The translations under genes were made by a program, and so were the position numbers. Shown in pieces: positions 12,001 to 22,989 of a stretch of 64,000 bases of DNA. Under the pieces are notes generated by a model. It was not told where the DNA came from, made no database searches, and was given only the letters and a program-made list of their open reading frames with translations. This DNA is from Takakia lepidozioides. Its lineage: Eukaryota > Plantae > Bryophyta. The stretch's first letter is position 1. Every line of letters starts with the position of its first letter. The stretch spans positions 84,940,001-85,004,000 of the forward strand of contig CM060731.1 in NCBI GenBank assembly GCA_030704615.1, read 5' to 3'.

Positions 12001-15000
12001 ATCTGATGGACAATCTCCACAGGTGACGACGAATGCGCAAGAGCAGCTGGACACACAAGCACATCAGTTCAAGATGGAGATATCTCCTGCAGCAGAGAGC
12101 CTGCGTGACTATGTGACGAGGTACTTTCTGCTCTACAAAACCAACCTATTCTTTCGGGAGATAGCAGATGCTCGCCGGAGCCACGAGTTCACCGACCAGC
12201 CGAACGCGGACAAAGCAGCAATGCGCCTTCTGTACAGGTACATACGCGCTGCCTTTCTTTCAAGTCCTGGCATTTCAGGATGTTAGAGGCCTAAGTGGTG
12301 TTAGGGAAAATGGCGCCGAATTTCCAGTCAGGGCTCCGAAAATGGCAAAGTCCCTAGACTGGCTGGCCCGGAACTGGAAATTCGGCGCCATTTTCCAGTT
12401 CCAGGCCCTATTGCCGTTCAGGGACTTAGCCATTTTCGGGCTAAGTCCCTAGTGTGGCTGGCCCGGAACTGGAAATTCGGCGCCGTTTTCCAGTTCTAGG
12501 CCCTATTGCCGTCCAGGGACTTAGCCATTTTCGGGCTAAGTCCCTAGACTGGCTGGCCATGAAGTGGAAATTCGGCGCCATATTCCAGTTCCAGGCCCTA
12601 TTGCCGTCCAGGGACTTAGCCATTTTCGGTCTAAGTCCCTAGGGTGGCTGGCCCGGAACTGGAAATTCGGCGCCGTATTCCAGTTCTAGGCCCTATTGCC
12701 GTCCAGGGACTTAGCCATTTTCCGGCTAAGTCCCTAGACTGGCTGGCCCTGAAGTGGAAATTCGGCGCCATATTCCAGTTCCAGGCCCTATTGCCGTCCA
12801 GGGACTTAGCCATTTTAGGTCTAAGTCCCTAGGGTGGCTGGCCCGGAACTGGAAATTCGGCGCCGTATTCCAGTTCTAGGCCCTATTGCCGTCCAGGGAC
12901 TTAGCCATTTTTTGTGTAAGTCCCTAGGGTGGCTGGCCCGGAAGTGGAAATTCGGCGCCGTTTTCCAGTTCCAGGCCGTATTGCCGTCCAGGGACTTAGC
13001 CATTTTCGGGCTAAGTCCCTACACTGGGTGGCCCTGAAGTGGAAATTCGGCGCCATATTCCAGTTGTAGGCCCTATTGCCGTTCAGGGAGTTAGCCATTT
13101 TCGGACCTCATTGGGTTTTTCATGAATGCAGGTACTGTAAGTTCTCGCTTTTGGAGAAAGGTCATCTGTCTTTCGAGCCACCATTCTTCCTGGCATGGAG
13201 GAACCCTGGGGCTGACTCCATGTACACTGACGATATTGTGAAGGAGTGGCATCTGGAACATTTGCGTGATTGCCCTTGGTATGTGGACCTTCCGCCCGGC
13301 TCGCTCGACCCATCCGAGTTTCAATTGAAGCTGGATGCTGAATTCCGACGAAACCGGGCTCCGCTGCCTCCGTTGGGTGCAAAAGAGGCAAAAGCGCTTG
13401 CGAACTCCAGGAAAGCGGCAGAGCTTGCTCAGGCAGGAATTCAAGAGAAATTGCATGAGAAGAGTAAAGGTCAAAGGAAAAGGACAAGGAAACAGGTGAC
13501 TGCAGTAACACCCAAAAAGAAGAAAACCATCGGGGCATCGGAGGAGGCGCAGGAGGGGACCCAAGAGAGTGACTCCGACGCCGATTTTGTTCAAGGTCCT
13601 GCGACTGCTGTTGCTCCTACCCAGTCACCGGTCGTCCGGGTTCCCAAGTCAGTTCGGAGTGGGACTGGCTCTGCCAAGAAGTTGGCATTTGAGGGCGAGC
13701 CTACACGGCGGTATTCGGCGGTGACGTTTACGCACAGGCCAAAGCTAGAACCTCCAACCATCATCCAATGCGTCAATGAGAGCTTCCTTGACGCTCTCGC
13801 TGCCAGGGCGAAGAAGGTGGCACACAACAAGTCTCTGGCGGAGCAGAAGGGAAAAGCCAAGAAGAGGGCTGCCGGTACAGAGCCTAAAGACACCCCTGGT
13901 TTTGAAGCCATGATGGAATTCTTCACGGCTGTGAGCACGAATTGCAAGAGCACTCGGGGGGGGGTTGAGGTGGAGAGAGCTTGCGACATGATTCTCCTCG
14001 ACATTCCAGATGGGGAGCTGCTGGAGGGCCTGGATGGTGTGCCCACCTGGAACAGGTTTACTGAGGACTACTGGAAAGCCGGGTTTGGGCTGGCGGGGAT
14101 GCTTCTGGATGACGGTGGATGTGTGGTTGTCCTTGCCACGAGAGGGAAGACCACAGAGAATGCGGTGGCAAGGTGGACACCGAAAAGTGTCACCCCGGTC
14201 CTCCTCAGAAAATGGTTCTGCATCAGTACGCAGGGGTTGCGAACAGAGGGCCAAAGTGTAAGTTATCAATCTATTGCATTCACTTCATATTGTGGTGTAT
14301 GTTAAGTAGACCCTGGAATTGATCCCTTCTTTGTTGGATGTGCAGACATTGGTGTTTGAGGCATATTGCTTTGTGAAGAGAGGGTCTACGTTCAAATTCC
14401 GCAACGACGGTCGTCTTGTTGATGCCGCTGTGGACCCTGTAACCTACGATGTCCTCTACAACTATGTGCCCCACTCTAGTATGCCGAAGGACACAAAGAC
14501 AGGCAAACCGTGGCGGTACAGCCGGACCCGAAGCCCTGCTTTCATCCAAACCCTCATGGAGACGTGCTCGGATGTCCAAGGGCGGATTCTGGACCTCACA
14601 TGCGGCACGGGTAAGCCTTCACGTGCTCAGTTTGTCCCCTGGCCCCATTGCAATTGCATGCCGCAAGCTATTAACCGCCCGCTTTGTTCCTCAGGTGCTT
14701 CAATGTGGGCAGGGACGTTGTCCGACAGGCATGTGTTCGCCTTCGAGCCAGATACTGCCCTCCACAACTCGGAACTTGCAGCGGCTGAACGTCTGCCGAA
14801 AGAGGAAGAGGCATCCTCGGAGGATGAGGAAAAATCCGAGAAGGAGCAGGGGGAGGAAGTTGGGATCGAGGCCGAGGAGCCCCCGGTTTACGAGTGAGTG
14901 GTGGCATTGTAAGTTGCCTCCAGATTTTGTGAGGCACCTCCCTCCGCTCTCTTATTTCATTGAAAACCCTTTCTGGTTGTGCTGGTATTGACATTCTTCA

Positions 15001-15482
15001 AGTGGATTTGTTCTTACTGTAGGATGCCAAGTACTGCCGGAGGGACGTCTACACCGGAGTTCATGGGCAGGAGGAACGTGCCTTTTTTTGCCAGGGGAGA
15101 TTTCATGCCTAGTCCAGAAAGGGAGTACATCCTGCCTACTTATGCTGCCCGGCTTGCTTCGGTGTCCATTAGGAGGTGTTCCGAACGTAGTCGTGTACAG
15201 CAGATTTTAGACGAGGCAAGCCTCAAGAAAATGAAGATGAGGGAGGAGGCAGCAGCTATTAGAGCCCGTCGGGCTCGTAGATTTGTGTTGGATTCTGCTG
15301 AGGAAAGTGGGGGAGAAGACGCAGAAGATTCCCAGGAGGTGAGGTGGACAGTCCCCCAAGGAGAGGACGGGATTTTTGAGAGGCATAGTGGAACTGATGC
15401 ATCACAGAGCTCGGAGGATGAGGGGGATGAGGGGGATGAGGAAGAAGGTGGGGCAAGTTCCTCGGAGGGTGTAGGAGAGTAG
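9056..15482 (+). CDS. ParB/Srx-like + beta-class N4C/N6A DNA-methyltransferase-like fusion protein (element A), 10 exons, ~1494 aa
   Basis: Exons 9056-9232 (GC donor, least certain), 9580-11021, 11140-11329, 11432-11716, 11802-11927, 12023-12237, 13132-14257, 14346-14610, 14695-14893, 15023-15482. Phases are compatible and sum to 4485 nt. Motifs: FYVWDGNHRLLAW (ParB/Srx DGxHR), ILLDIPDG (motif IV position), RSPAFIQTLMETCS (motif X), RILDLTCGTGAS (motif I), RHVFAFEPD (motif II). Confidence 0.8.
12305..13105. repeat. Intronic ~95-bp tandem array (~8 units, 190-bp higher-order period)
   Basis: Units contain GGAAATTCGGCGCC and the hairpin AGGGACTTAGCC..GGCTAAGTCCCT. Lies in intron 12238-13131; mirrored at ~34795-35595. 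Confidence 0.95.
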
Positions 15483-15665
15483 TGCCCATTCCGGCTATGA
15501 CAGTTAGAACACACTTGTATAGACGTGGCTTGCCACAAAATTTGCAATAAAATGTTGCATTTTAAGTCCACTGGTGCCACATTCCAACTTCACATGACCC
15601 TATTTCCGTGCCTCCTAACCCTATTTCCGTGGACTCACAATGGTCTGCTCATGCTTTTTTTTTTC

Positions 15666-15702
15666 CGCTCATGCTCATGCCGCTCATGAAATAGCAGCCC
15701 CC
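15666..15702 (-). repeat. Element A right TIR
   Basis: Reverse complement reads GGGGGCTGCTATTTCATGAGCGGCATGAGCATGAGCG, matching the left TIR. Confidence 0.8.
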
Positions 15703-16055
15703 ACTGAATGGTTATTTCATCATCATAAACCTGCCCTGGAAGTCCGAATTTAACACCAAAAAAACAGTGATATATACAGCTCAAACAGTGTGCGCCAACG
15801 CACACTGTTTGAGCTGCCACTGAATGGTTATTTCATCCTCAGAAACGTGGCCTAAATGCCGAATTTTAACACCAAAAAAACAGTGACATGTTCAGCTGAA
15901 ACAGTGTGCGCCAACGCACACTGTTTGAGCTGCCACTGAATGGTTATTCCATCATCAGAAACGTGCCCTAAAGGGCGAATTCGACACGGAGAAAACCGTG
16001 ACATGTAGAGCTCAAACAGTGTGCGCCAACGCACACTGTTTGAGCTGCCACTGAA
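15703..16055 (-). repeat. ~117-bp element B satellite, 3 units, reverse orientation relative to 46310-47815
   Basis: CAGCTCAAACAGTGTGCG-CCAA-CGCACACTGTTTGAGCTG hairpin units. Confidence 0.95.
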
Positions 16056-16359
16056 GGGTTCTGTCGTCCTGACATACATATCCTGGAAAACCGATATCCA
16101 GACGAAAACAGCAGTGAAATGTTCAGCTCAACTCACACTGTTTGAGGTTGCAATTTGGGTTGTGTTGAACCTGCTGTAGTGCCCAAGTTTGGGCGTTTCG
16201 CACCTGAACAATCAAGCAAATTGGTAGGCCCAAACAGTGTGCGTTGCCGCACACTGTTTGGGCTTCCAGTTTGCGGTGCTTTCAGCGTGGTGCAGATGTC
16301 CTGTGTGGGCTATATTCATATCAGCAACAAAACAGAAATGTGGGTCTTAAGAATTTCAC

Positions 16360-16671
16360 CTTTTTCTTGGCTGCTCCAAAAGACTCCCCAATTGCCGGGG
16401 ACCCTTTGCGCTTCGGGCTGCTCTCTGCGCCGAGCGTGTACGTGAGCCTCTCCCCCTTCCTCTTTCCCGCAGGCAGACTCCTCGTGAGGCCACCTTCAAC
16501 ATCCTCTTCCATCTCGTCTGTCTCTCCCTCATATGCGGTGTCCTCTTCATCTGTCCTTGGAACTATGGCGGGCTGCTGTTCTTCTGCTGATTCCTGCTCC
16601 TCCATCGCCACACTTTCCTCTACTCCCTCTTCTACCTCCTTTTCCTCTTCGTCCACTCTTTCCATCCTCAT
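16360..16671 (-). pseudogene. Probable exon 1 of the element B ParB-MTase gene, displaced by the inversion
   Basis: Acidic then basic ORF MRMERVDEEE..GKRKGE..AAKKK ends at a phase-0 donor (AAG|GTGAAA). Phase matches the acceptor before 48101. Resembles C exon 1 (GKRKAA..KPKKAP|). Confidence 0.6.
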
Positions 16672-17606
16672 TCTATCTCTGGCTCTATTCCTGTTTCTAG
16701 AGCTCGTGAAGTATAGTGACTTCCTTCTCTTCCTCCTACGTTGGAAACAAGGGCTCCCCACGATGCCTCTAGAGCTCTCCAGTTTGACGTTTGTAACAAG
16801 TGCTGCTATGGCATGTAACCAAAATCGAAATTGGACGTTATCAACCATATTTGGATGCGGGTGTTGTTATTGTGTGCGAACGGAATTCATCCATTTCGTC
16901 GTCTCCGTATTATCCAAGCAATAAAGCGCAAGAAAAAAAGTACATCCGTTGCATGCACTAGCGATATATGTCAGATGTACTGCGCCGCCTGCCAATACAC
17001 CGCGGCCTTCTTGCTTTCTTTCAAATTCGGATGTGCCGTAGAAATCTAATGCTAGTTCATTTTCGAGCAGTTCTTGCAGATCCGCAATAATTGTTATGCT
17101 TCACATATGCATCCACGTGTGTTGTACTGCCTACCCTGTAGTTTGCAGTTTACCGTTACCGTCGCCATGGGGTCATTCGGCATAAAGGGTTCTGTCGGAT
17201 ACGACCATGTCTGGCACGCATTCGTGCGAGGTATCTTCTGCAGTGTCAGTGTTTGTGCTGTGCTCTTCTGGCACAGCACAACCTCATGACATTTGTGGTC
17301 TTCCTGTTTACTGCTCTCCAGGGTTGTTGCCGTCTTTTCATAATGGATGGTTTCATGTCGTTTTCAGTGTTTGTTTTCATCCATAAACAACACGGCTTCT
17401 TGTAGTATTTGAAAACAGTTTTTCTGGTTAGTGCCTCTTGGCGTTGCTGTTTCTGAAGTGGAGGTGCATCTCATCCCTACATCCTTTGCATGCATCACCT
17501 GCAACCTTTGGATTGGAGCTAGCCTTGTTGACCTCGGTTTGCTTGTCTTAATTCCCCTTTCGGTAATTGCGGGCTATCAGTTCGAGGATTCCGCAACTTT
17601 CGTTCA

Positions 17607-20600
17607 GTGAGGGAAAACACGTCGAGGGAGCGAGATACACTTGCTCGATTCCATTCCAATGCAGGTACTCTTCCACTGACAGCCACTGCAGACAACGATG
17701 GGTTTGCAGTTGTTCATGAGGATGAGCTGGTTACAGTGTTCCCGCTGGAGTTGGGTTCTCTCCTTGTTCAAAAAGAGGTGTATGACGAGGATGGGAATTT
17801 GGATTCTGGGCACTTGGAGAACCATTGGTTGGCAAGTGTGGAAGGAAGTGGAGAGTCCTTCCAGGCACATACCGTGTCCTTGGAAAAGAGAGAAGACAAT
17901 TAGCAGGATCGGTCGTTACCCCTGGCACTGCAGCATCGGTCGTGCAACAGAAGGGCACAGTTCCTGTGAAACAAGAGGTGAGTACATCCACTACCTTCGT
18001 GACTCTTTCAGACTCATCCTCGGAGGATGTTTCTGAGATTCCTCCGCCAGTGCAGACTCCGTCATTGGATGATGACGAATTGCAAGAGATAACGAGTGTC
18101 ATTCCAAAATTGAAAGCCCTCGCAGGTGTGCCTGGGTGCAAGAGCGAGCTGCGCTTTGTTGACTGGGAGTCCATTCCTGTGCAACGGGTTCAATACGTGC
18201 CAGCACAGTTTGATGGGGACATCCTGTTTGAGCTCAACCCTCCCACCTCTTCCACTGGACTGGCTGGGCTTTTACAGGGCATGGACAAGAAACATGACGG
18301 ACATCCTTGGTGCAGGACAAAAACGTCGAACATCCATAACGACATTGGCTTGAAATTTCGGAGGTCAGTCTGCGTTGGGCATTGTAAGTGCCAGAATATT
18401 TCTTGCCCTCGCCTGAGAAACAGCGCTCAACCAAATGAAAGTGAGTGGGAAGGTGTGCCCCTGAATCCTTTCACCCCAGGGCTTGCCCCTCCCAGGACCA
18501 ATACTTTCGTGTGCAGGTTCTGCAAACTTTCCCCGTCCTGTGTTTCTGTGTGCCACGCTCGTATGTATCAGGTGGCACACCAATGCAAGACAATGACTCG
18601 TGCCTGCATTCATATGGGTGCACACGAGCATCCTGTGTCCAAAGGAAGTTGCAGGGATAGCATGGACATCGCTAGAAATCTGCTGAAGCAGGAGTTCCAC
18701 AATGCCCCTTGTGCAAAACCTTCTGCTATAGCGCTTGCAGCTAGCAAGGCATTCCTGGAGAAACACATACTAGGTGAAGGGGATGCGACAGAACTTATGC
18801 TGGATGCAGATTCGCTTAATGCAGTCATGGACCATTTCTCCGTGTTGAGCTCTCCCAATATTCGAAACCAGGTGAATGCACTCAGAATGGGCACAGGCAC
18901 TGCTGGATTCATGGACAACATTATGGACCTGAAACGGAGGAGTCGCTATGAATTCATTTAAAACAGTATCTTCCCTGGCCAGGGTTCGTCCAAGGTGTAT
19001 TTGTTCAAGATGTCCGCTGTGGGCGAAGGCAGTGGTGTGAGCATTGTCCGCCGTATGCAACCAGGAGGAGATTTGGCTAAATGTTGGTTAATGTTTGATC
19101 ACTGCAAACGGGTGAAGGGTTGGACAACCATGGCGTGCCATGTGTATGATCCGGCGTACCAGTGTGTGCTCTCCATAGCAATTTGTGATATGCAGTCGGA
19201 GGACACTGAATCCCAAATGCTCATGTGGAATTCGCTCTTGGCCGTCATGCAGCGCAATGGAATACAAAACACAAATTTTGCGGGCTTCATGGCTGATAGT
19301 GCACAGGCAAATTTCAATGCAGTGCGACGCATGTTTGGTTCGGGGGATCCTAAGGTCCCAATGGAAAATAGGGAGCGCACATGCCTCTTCCATTGGACTC
19401 AATCTCTGGCACGTCATACAAGCGCTGCATTCGCCCTGACCTGCAGTTGGAGCACAGAAGGCTCTGTCTCAAGTACAAGAATGCCACCTCAATGGGAGAA
19501 GCTGAGAGCACTTACCAGGCAATCCGGGCTTGGTGGTTCTCCTCTGGTGCTGCAACAGGTACCCACGTAAAGGAGTTGGAGAACTGGTTGGTTTTCTGGC
19601 ACTTCAGTACAGACAGTGGGGAGCTTTCATGACAACGGTAAGCCTCTTCAATCCCAAAAATAGAAATTTTGCATCGTGCCTATTCATTTGGGGTTCTTCG
19701 ATTGTCACTTGAAGAACCTCTACCATTTGTTTTTGTTCCTGACATATCCATGCAATGCCTCCTGCAGGACATGTCCTTGGAGGACTTGGCCGACATGCCA
19801 TCCTGTAATTTGGCGGAGACTGTTCACAACGCCTGGATGCAGCAGTCTACCAAAGCAGGTCGTGACTTATATGTGGCCACTGCTGATGACATGGTGCGTG
19901 CACTTACACAACAAACCAGGTACCGCAATTTTCTGATGGGACGGGGTGGAGGCAAGGACCCTGATACGACTTTGTTGATGCTAAGGGCTGCGAGTAGGTC
20001 CGGAGTCCCGTCAAAGATGGCCAGAGCTCTAAACAGATGCACTGAAGGGTCCGCTCTACAATCCAGGATCCCCCATTTGGAAGGCGAGGAAAGATTTGGA
20101 TCATGCAAAAGGAAATTGAACACTCTTCCAGGGTCAGATGGAGATTCCCATCGTCCAGACAGGGTCAATTTCTCTGTGCCAAAGGTGTCTCCACTGCAGA
20201 CTGAGTCGTGTGCCCGCCCCTTCCTAGGTGGGTCCTCCTCCAGTGGAGCACGTGCAGAACATACAAGCACAGCAGAGGGAATCCCATTGGAGGAGGCGGT
20301 GGCCATGGTGCAGGAATCCGATTGCATTGATAGTGAGTGGCATATAGAACACACCCCACCAAGATCTAGAGTGGCTTGCATGGCAATTCGGACCCCCTCA
20401 TTCAAGAAATGCAAATCAAAGATATGCAAAGGCTCCAGGGGGACTCCAGCTCCAACATTCACAGGGTTGTTCCGACCTTATCATAGTGGGGAGTCAAAGG
20501 ACCACAAATTTTGGTTCTGCCCAGACGATATGGCACGATGCGTGAAGGGAACAGTTCGTCCTTCGGTGATAATGAAACCCCCTCCCCCCGCAATTTGGCC

Positions 20601-21180
20601 TGTGCAAATTGGGACGTCGCTGTCATCAACCGAGATAAGCATGCTGGAGGAGGGAGGGTTCTGTCTTGCACGGTCCCGGGTGGTGCCCTCATGCACTGTC
20701 GGCACAGATGTGCCACATGCTCCGGCAATGCCGCCACCCTGTGCCGACTCCCACCCAACAAAAAGAGATGGAAAAACAGTGCGCCGTTTCACTTCGGGTG
20801 CAGATCACGAATGCAAGATGGAATCTGCTAGAATTTTGCAGGCTCGGGTGTCTCGTATCACCGAAGTCCCTTCTCCGGGGTATGGACGGATTTACACAGT
20901 GCTGTCAATTGGGTCAGTTCTTCATGGCAAAAAATATCAGGTTACCGTCGGGAATTTCCCTTCGTGCACTTGTCCGGACTTTGTAACGATGCGTGAGGGC
21001 GCTCTCGGCATGAGGGGGAAGTGGGTCCCCTGCAAGCATCAATATTACATATACCTTGTGATTATGTGTTGCGACGGTAAGAGAGACCAATTCATCCACC
21101 AAGCCACACTAGGCTATGGAGAAGTGAACACCCTTCTACAGCGGGACACCTCGTGTGGAGCTCTGCCAACTTCTCTTTGA
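17607..21180 (+). pseudogene. Element B MULE transposase (GCM-like, DDE, SWIM), with frameshifts and a stop
   Basis: DKKHDGHPWC..CVGHCKC..RACIHMGAHEH, WLMFDH, FMADSAQAN, CLFH, NLAETVH, CTCPDF..CKH. Intron 19638-19767 is at the same site as in A. Stop at 18959-18961. Start uncertain. Confidence 0.88.
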
Positions 21181-21599
21181 ACACATACGAGCCATGCCCG
21201 CTGCCCATGCTGGTTTGCAGGTTGCCGTGTGAAGACTTTGCATTTCTGACAAACATATGGATTTCGTTTACGGAACCAGGGCAAATGCACATGCAATTCA
21301 TTGTAAGCGTCTATCTGTGAATTGAAATAAACTGTGACAATCATTCTGAGCTCAAATCTGCCATGTTTTCATATTTCTGTTTTTGAGCGGGCATTGCACA
21401 CATGGTGTGTGTTGGCCCCCTTTGTTTTGTCCACGGTAATAGGCCCTCTTCCTGCAATCCTCGCCTATAGGACCTTCTTCTCCAGCAGATTCGTGCCGCT
21501 CACGCTTCCCTGAAGCGTGAGCTCAGCTCACACTTTGTAGCTTGAACGTGAGCTCAGCTCCCAGGCTCACGGGGCTGGGCTCACGCCGTAGCTACGCTC

Positions 21600-22305
21600 C
21601 TTCCTGCACAAGAGCTTGGGAAACATTATCATGCGGATTCCGTGAAGCCAGTGGATCCGCCACTACAGTCTTTCCCCGTCTCTGTCTCTTGGTCTCGGGT
21701 TGCCCTGCCAGTCCACCCTCACTGTGTGAAGAGCCTTGCTCTTCCATTGCAGTGGTTTCTGGCTCAAACACTCCCATCTCATTTCTTTCTCGCGCATCAA
21801 GTATGCCAGAATCAAGAATTATTTGAGCAATAATTGGGCCAGACACTATGATAGGAGACTTTGCGGCAGTACCCTGTAATCTTTTCATCTCCTCTACCAG
21901 TGCGTTGTACATTATGTCCGCCCATTCTACCTCTTCTCCTCTCAGGGCTTTGAGTATTTCTTCTGTGAAGGATCTGCTCAAATATTGTTGGTTCTGTTTC
22001 ATGGCAAACAGAACGTTCAATACCTGGCCTACCTCTCTTAGCCCTGGGTACACGGCCTTGGTACAAGCATAACCCTGAGTTTTAAAGAAACTCCCTTCTT
22101 GGAATAAGTCCCCTATTTGCAGTCTTGCCCTGTGCTCCTCCACATGCACCTGCCCTGCTGGCAATCGAAACAATTGCTGTAGGTATAGGGGAGTAATTAG
22201 TAATTCAACTCCCTTCACCGTTGTTGCTCCTGTCCTTGGCTCAAAGTTTTGCAAGAATTGTAACATGTATTGTCTATGGTGCAATGTCCAATCTTTGCTT
22301 TGCAA
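21600..22305 (-). pseudogene. Truncated ORF resembling LTR-retrotransposon accessory ORFs
   Basis: 237-aa ORF (QFLQNF..LQQLFRLP..VEWADIMYNALVEEM) cut at the element B terminus. The family assignment is a weak impression. Confidence 0.3.
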
Positions 22306-22989
22306 TCATTCCAATCGCAGCTCTTTCAGTAACTTCACCGCCTTTGGAGTAGCAATCGTTTGTTTCTGCAGGATTGTGGTGCTCTTCACCCTGATTTCTT
22401 CCATTCCTCTCACTTTTTTCATTCTAGACCCACAGAAATGTTTTGGCTGTAACAATTGAAGAAATGCCTGTAGTGCACAAAGCATAAACGTATGGTTGCC
22501 ACAAAAAGCTATGGGTAATTTCTTGTAAGCCTGTGGGGCTTGCAAGCATCGATCAAGAGAAAAAATCCGTTCTGTTCTTTCGTCCCTATGCCACTGCGTA
22601 AGTAATATTGCGAGCGTATAGTCTGTTAGTTCCTCCATAGCTTCAAAGCTATCGCATTGATGGTTTGTCCCGTCACGACTTTTTTGGCAGCAACACCTAG
22701 TGAAGACGAAAGGCATAGTCCATTAATGTTTGATTCAGGCCCAGCTATGCTGATTGAGGAATTCCAATAGGAGATGGCCCTTCATTTCCTGCTCACAATT
22801 GTTTTGTTCCTGTCATAAAACCAGAAAATCCCACATCAGAACGTATAGGCTTACAAATACATACAGATCCATTTCCACTTTTTCAGTGCTAAAAGACTGG
22901 CACAAGCATCAGAATACACATGAGGTTCACCTACCAGGCATAACCCATTCACTCAACCAGTAACTTGCAGAAATATGAAAATTTCAGGA

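Larger units (their letters stand above)
1760..15702. mobile_element. Element A copy 1: complete ~13.9-kb Mutator-like transposon with divergent transposase and ParB-methyltransferase genes
   Basis: Termini GAGGTTTGCTATTTCATGAGC (1760) and GCTCATGAAATAGCAGCCCCC (ends 15702) are inverted repeats. Encloses a MULE transposase (-) and a 10-exon gene (+). Identity to copy 2 stops exactly at 1760/46309. Confidence 0.85.
15703..21599. mobile_element. Element B, transposase-side half
   Basis: Three units of the B satellite, a putative MTase exon 1 (-), a transposase (+), and terminus GGGCTCACGCCGTAGCTACGCTC ending at 21599, which resembles the A termini. Confidence 0.75.

Noticed and set aside
9056-15482. 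Bacterial or phage contamination as the source of the ParB-MTase gene
   Set aside because: The gene has multiple phase-consistent spliceosomal introns shared across paralogues and is embedded among plant TEs and PPR relics.
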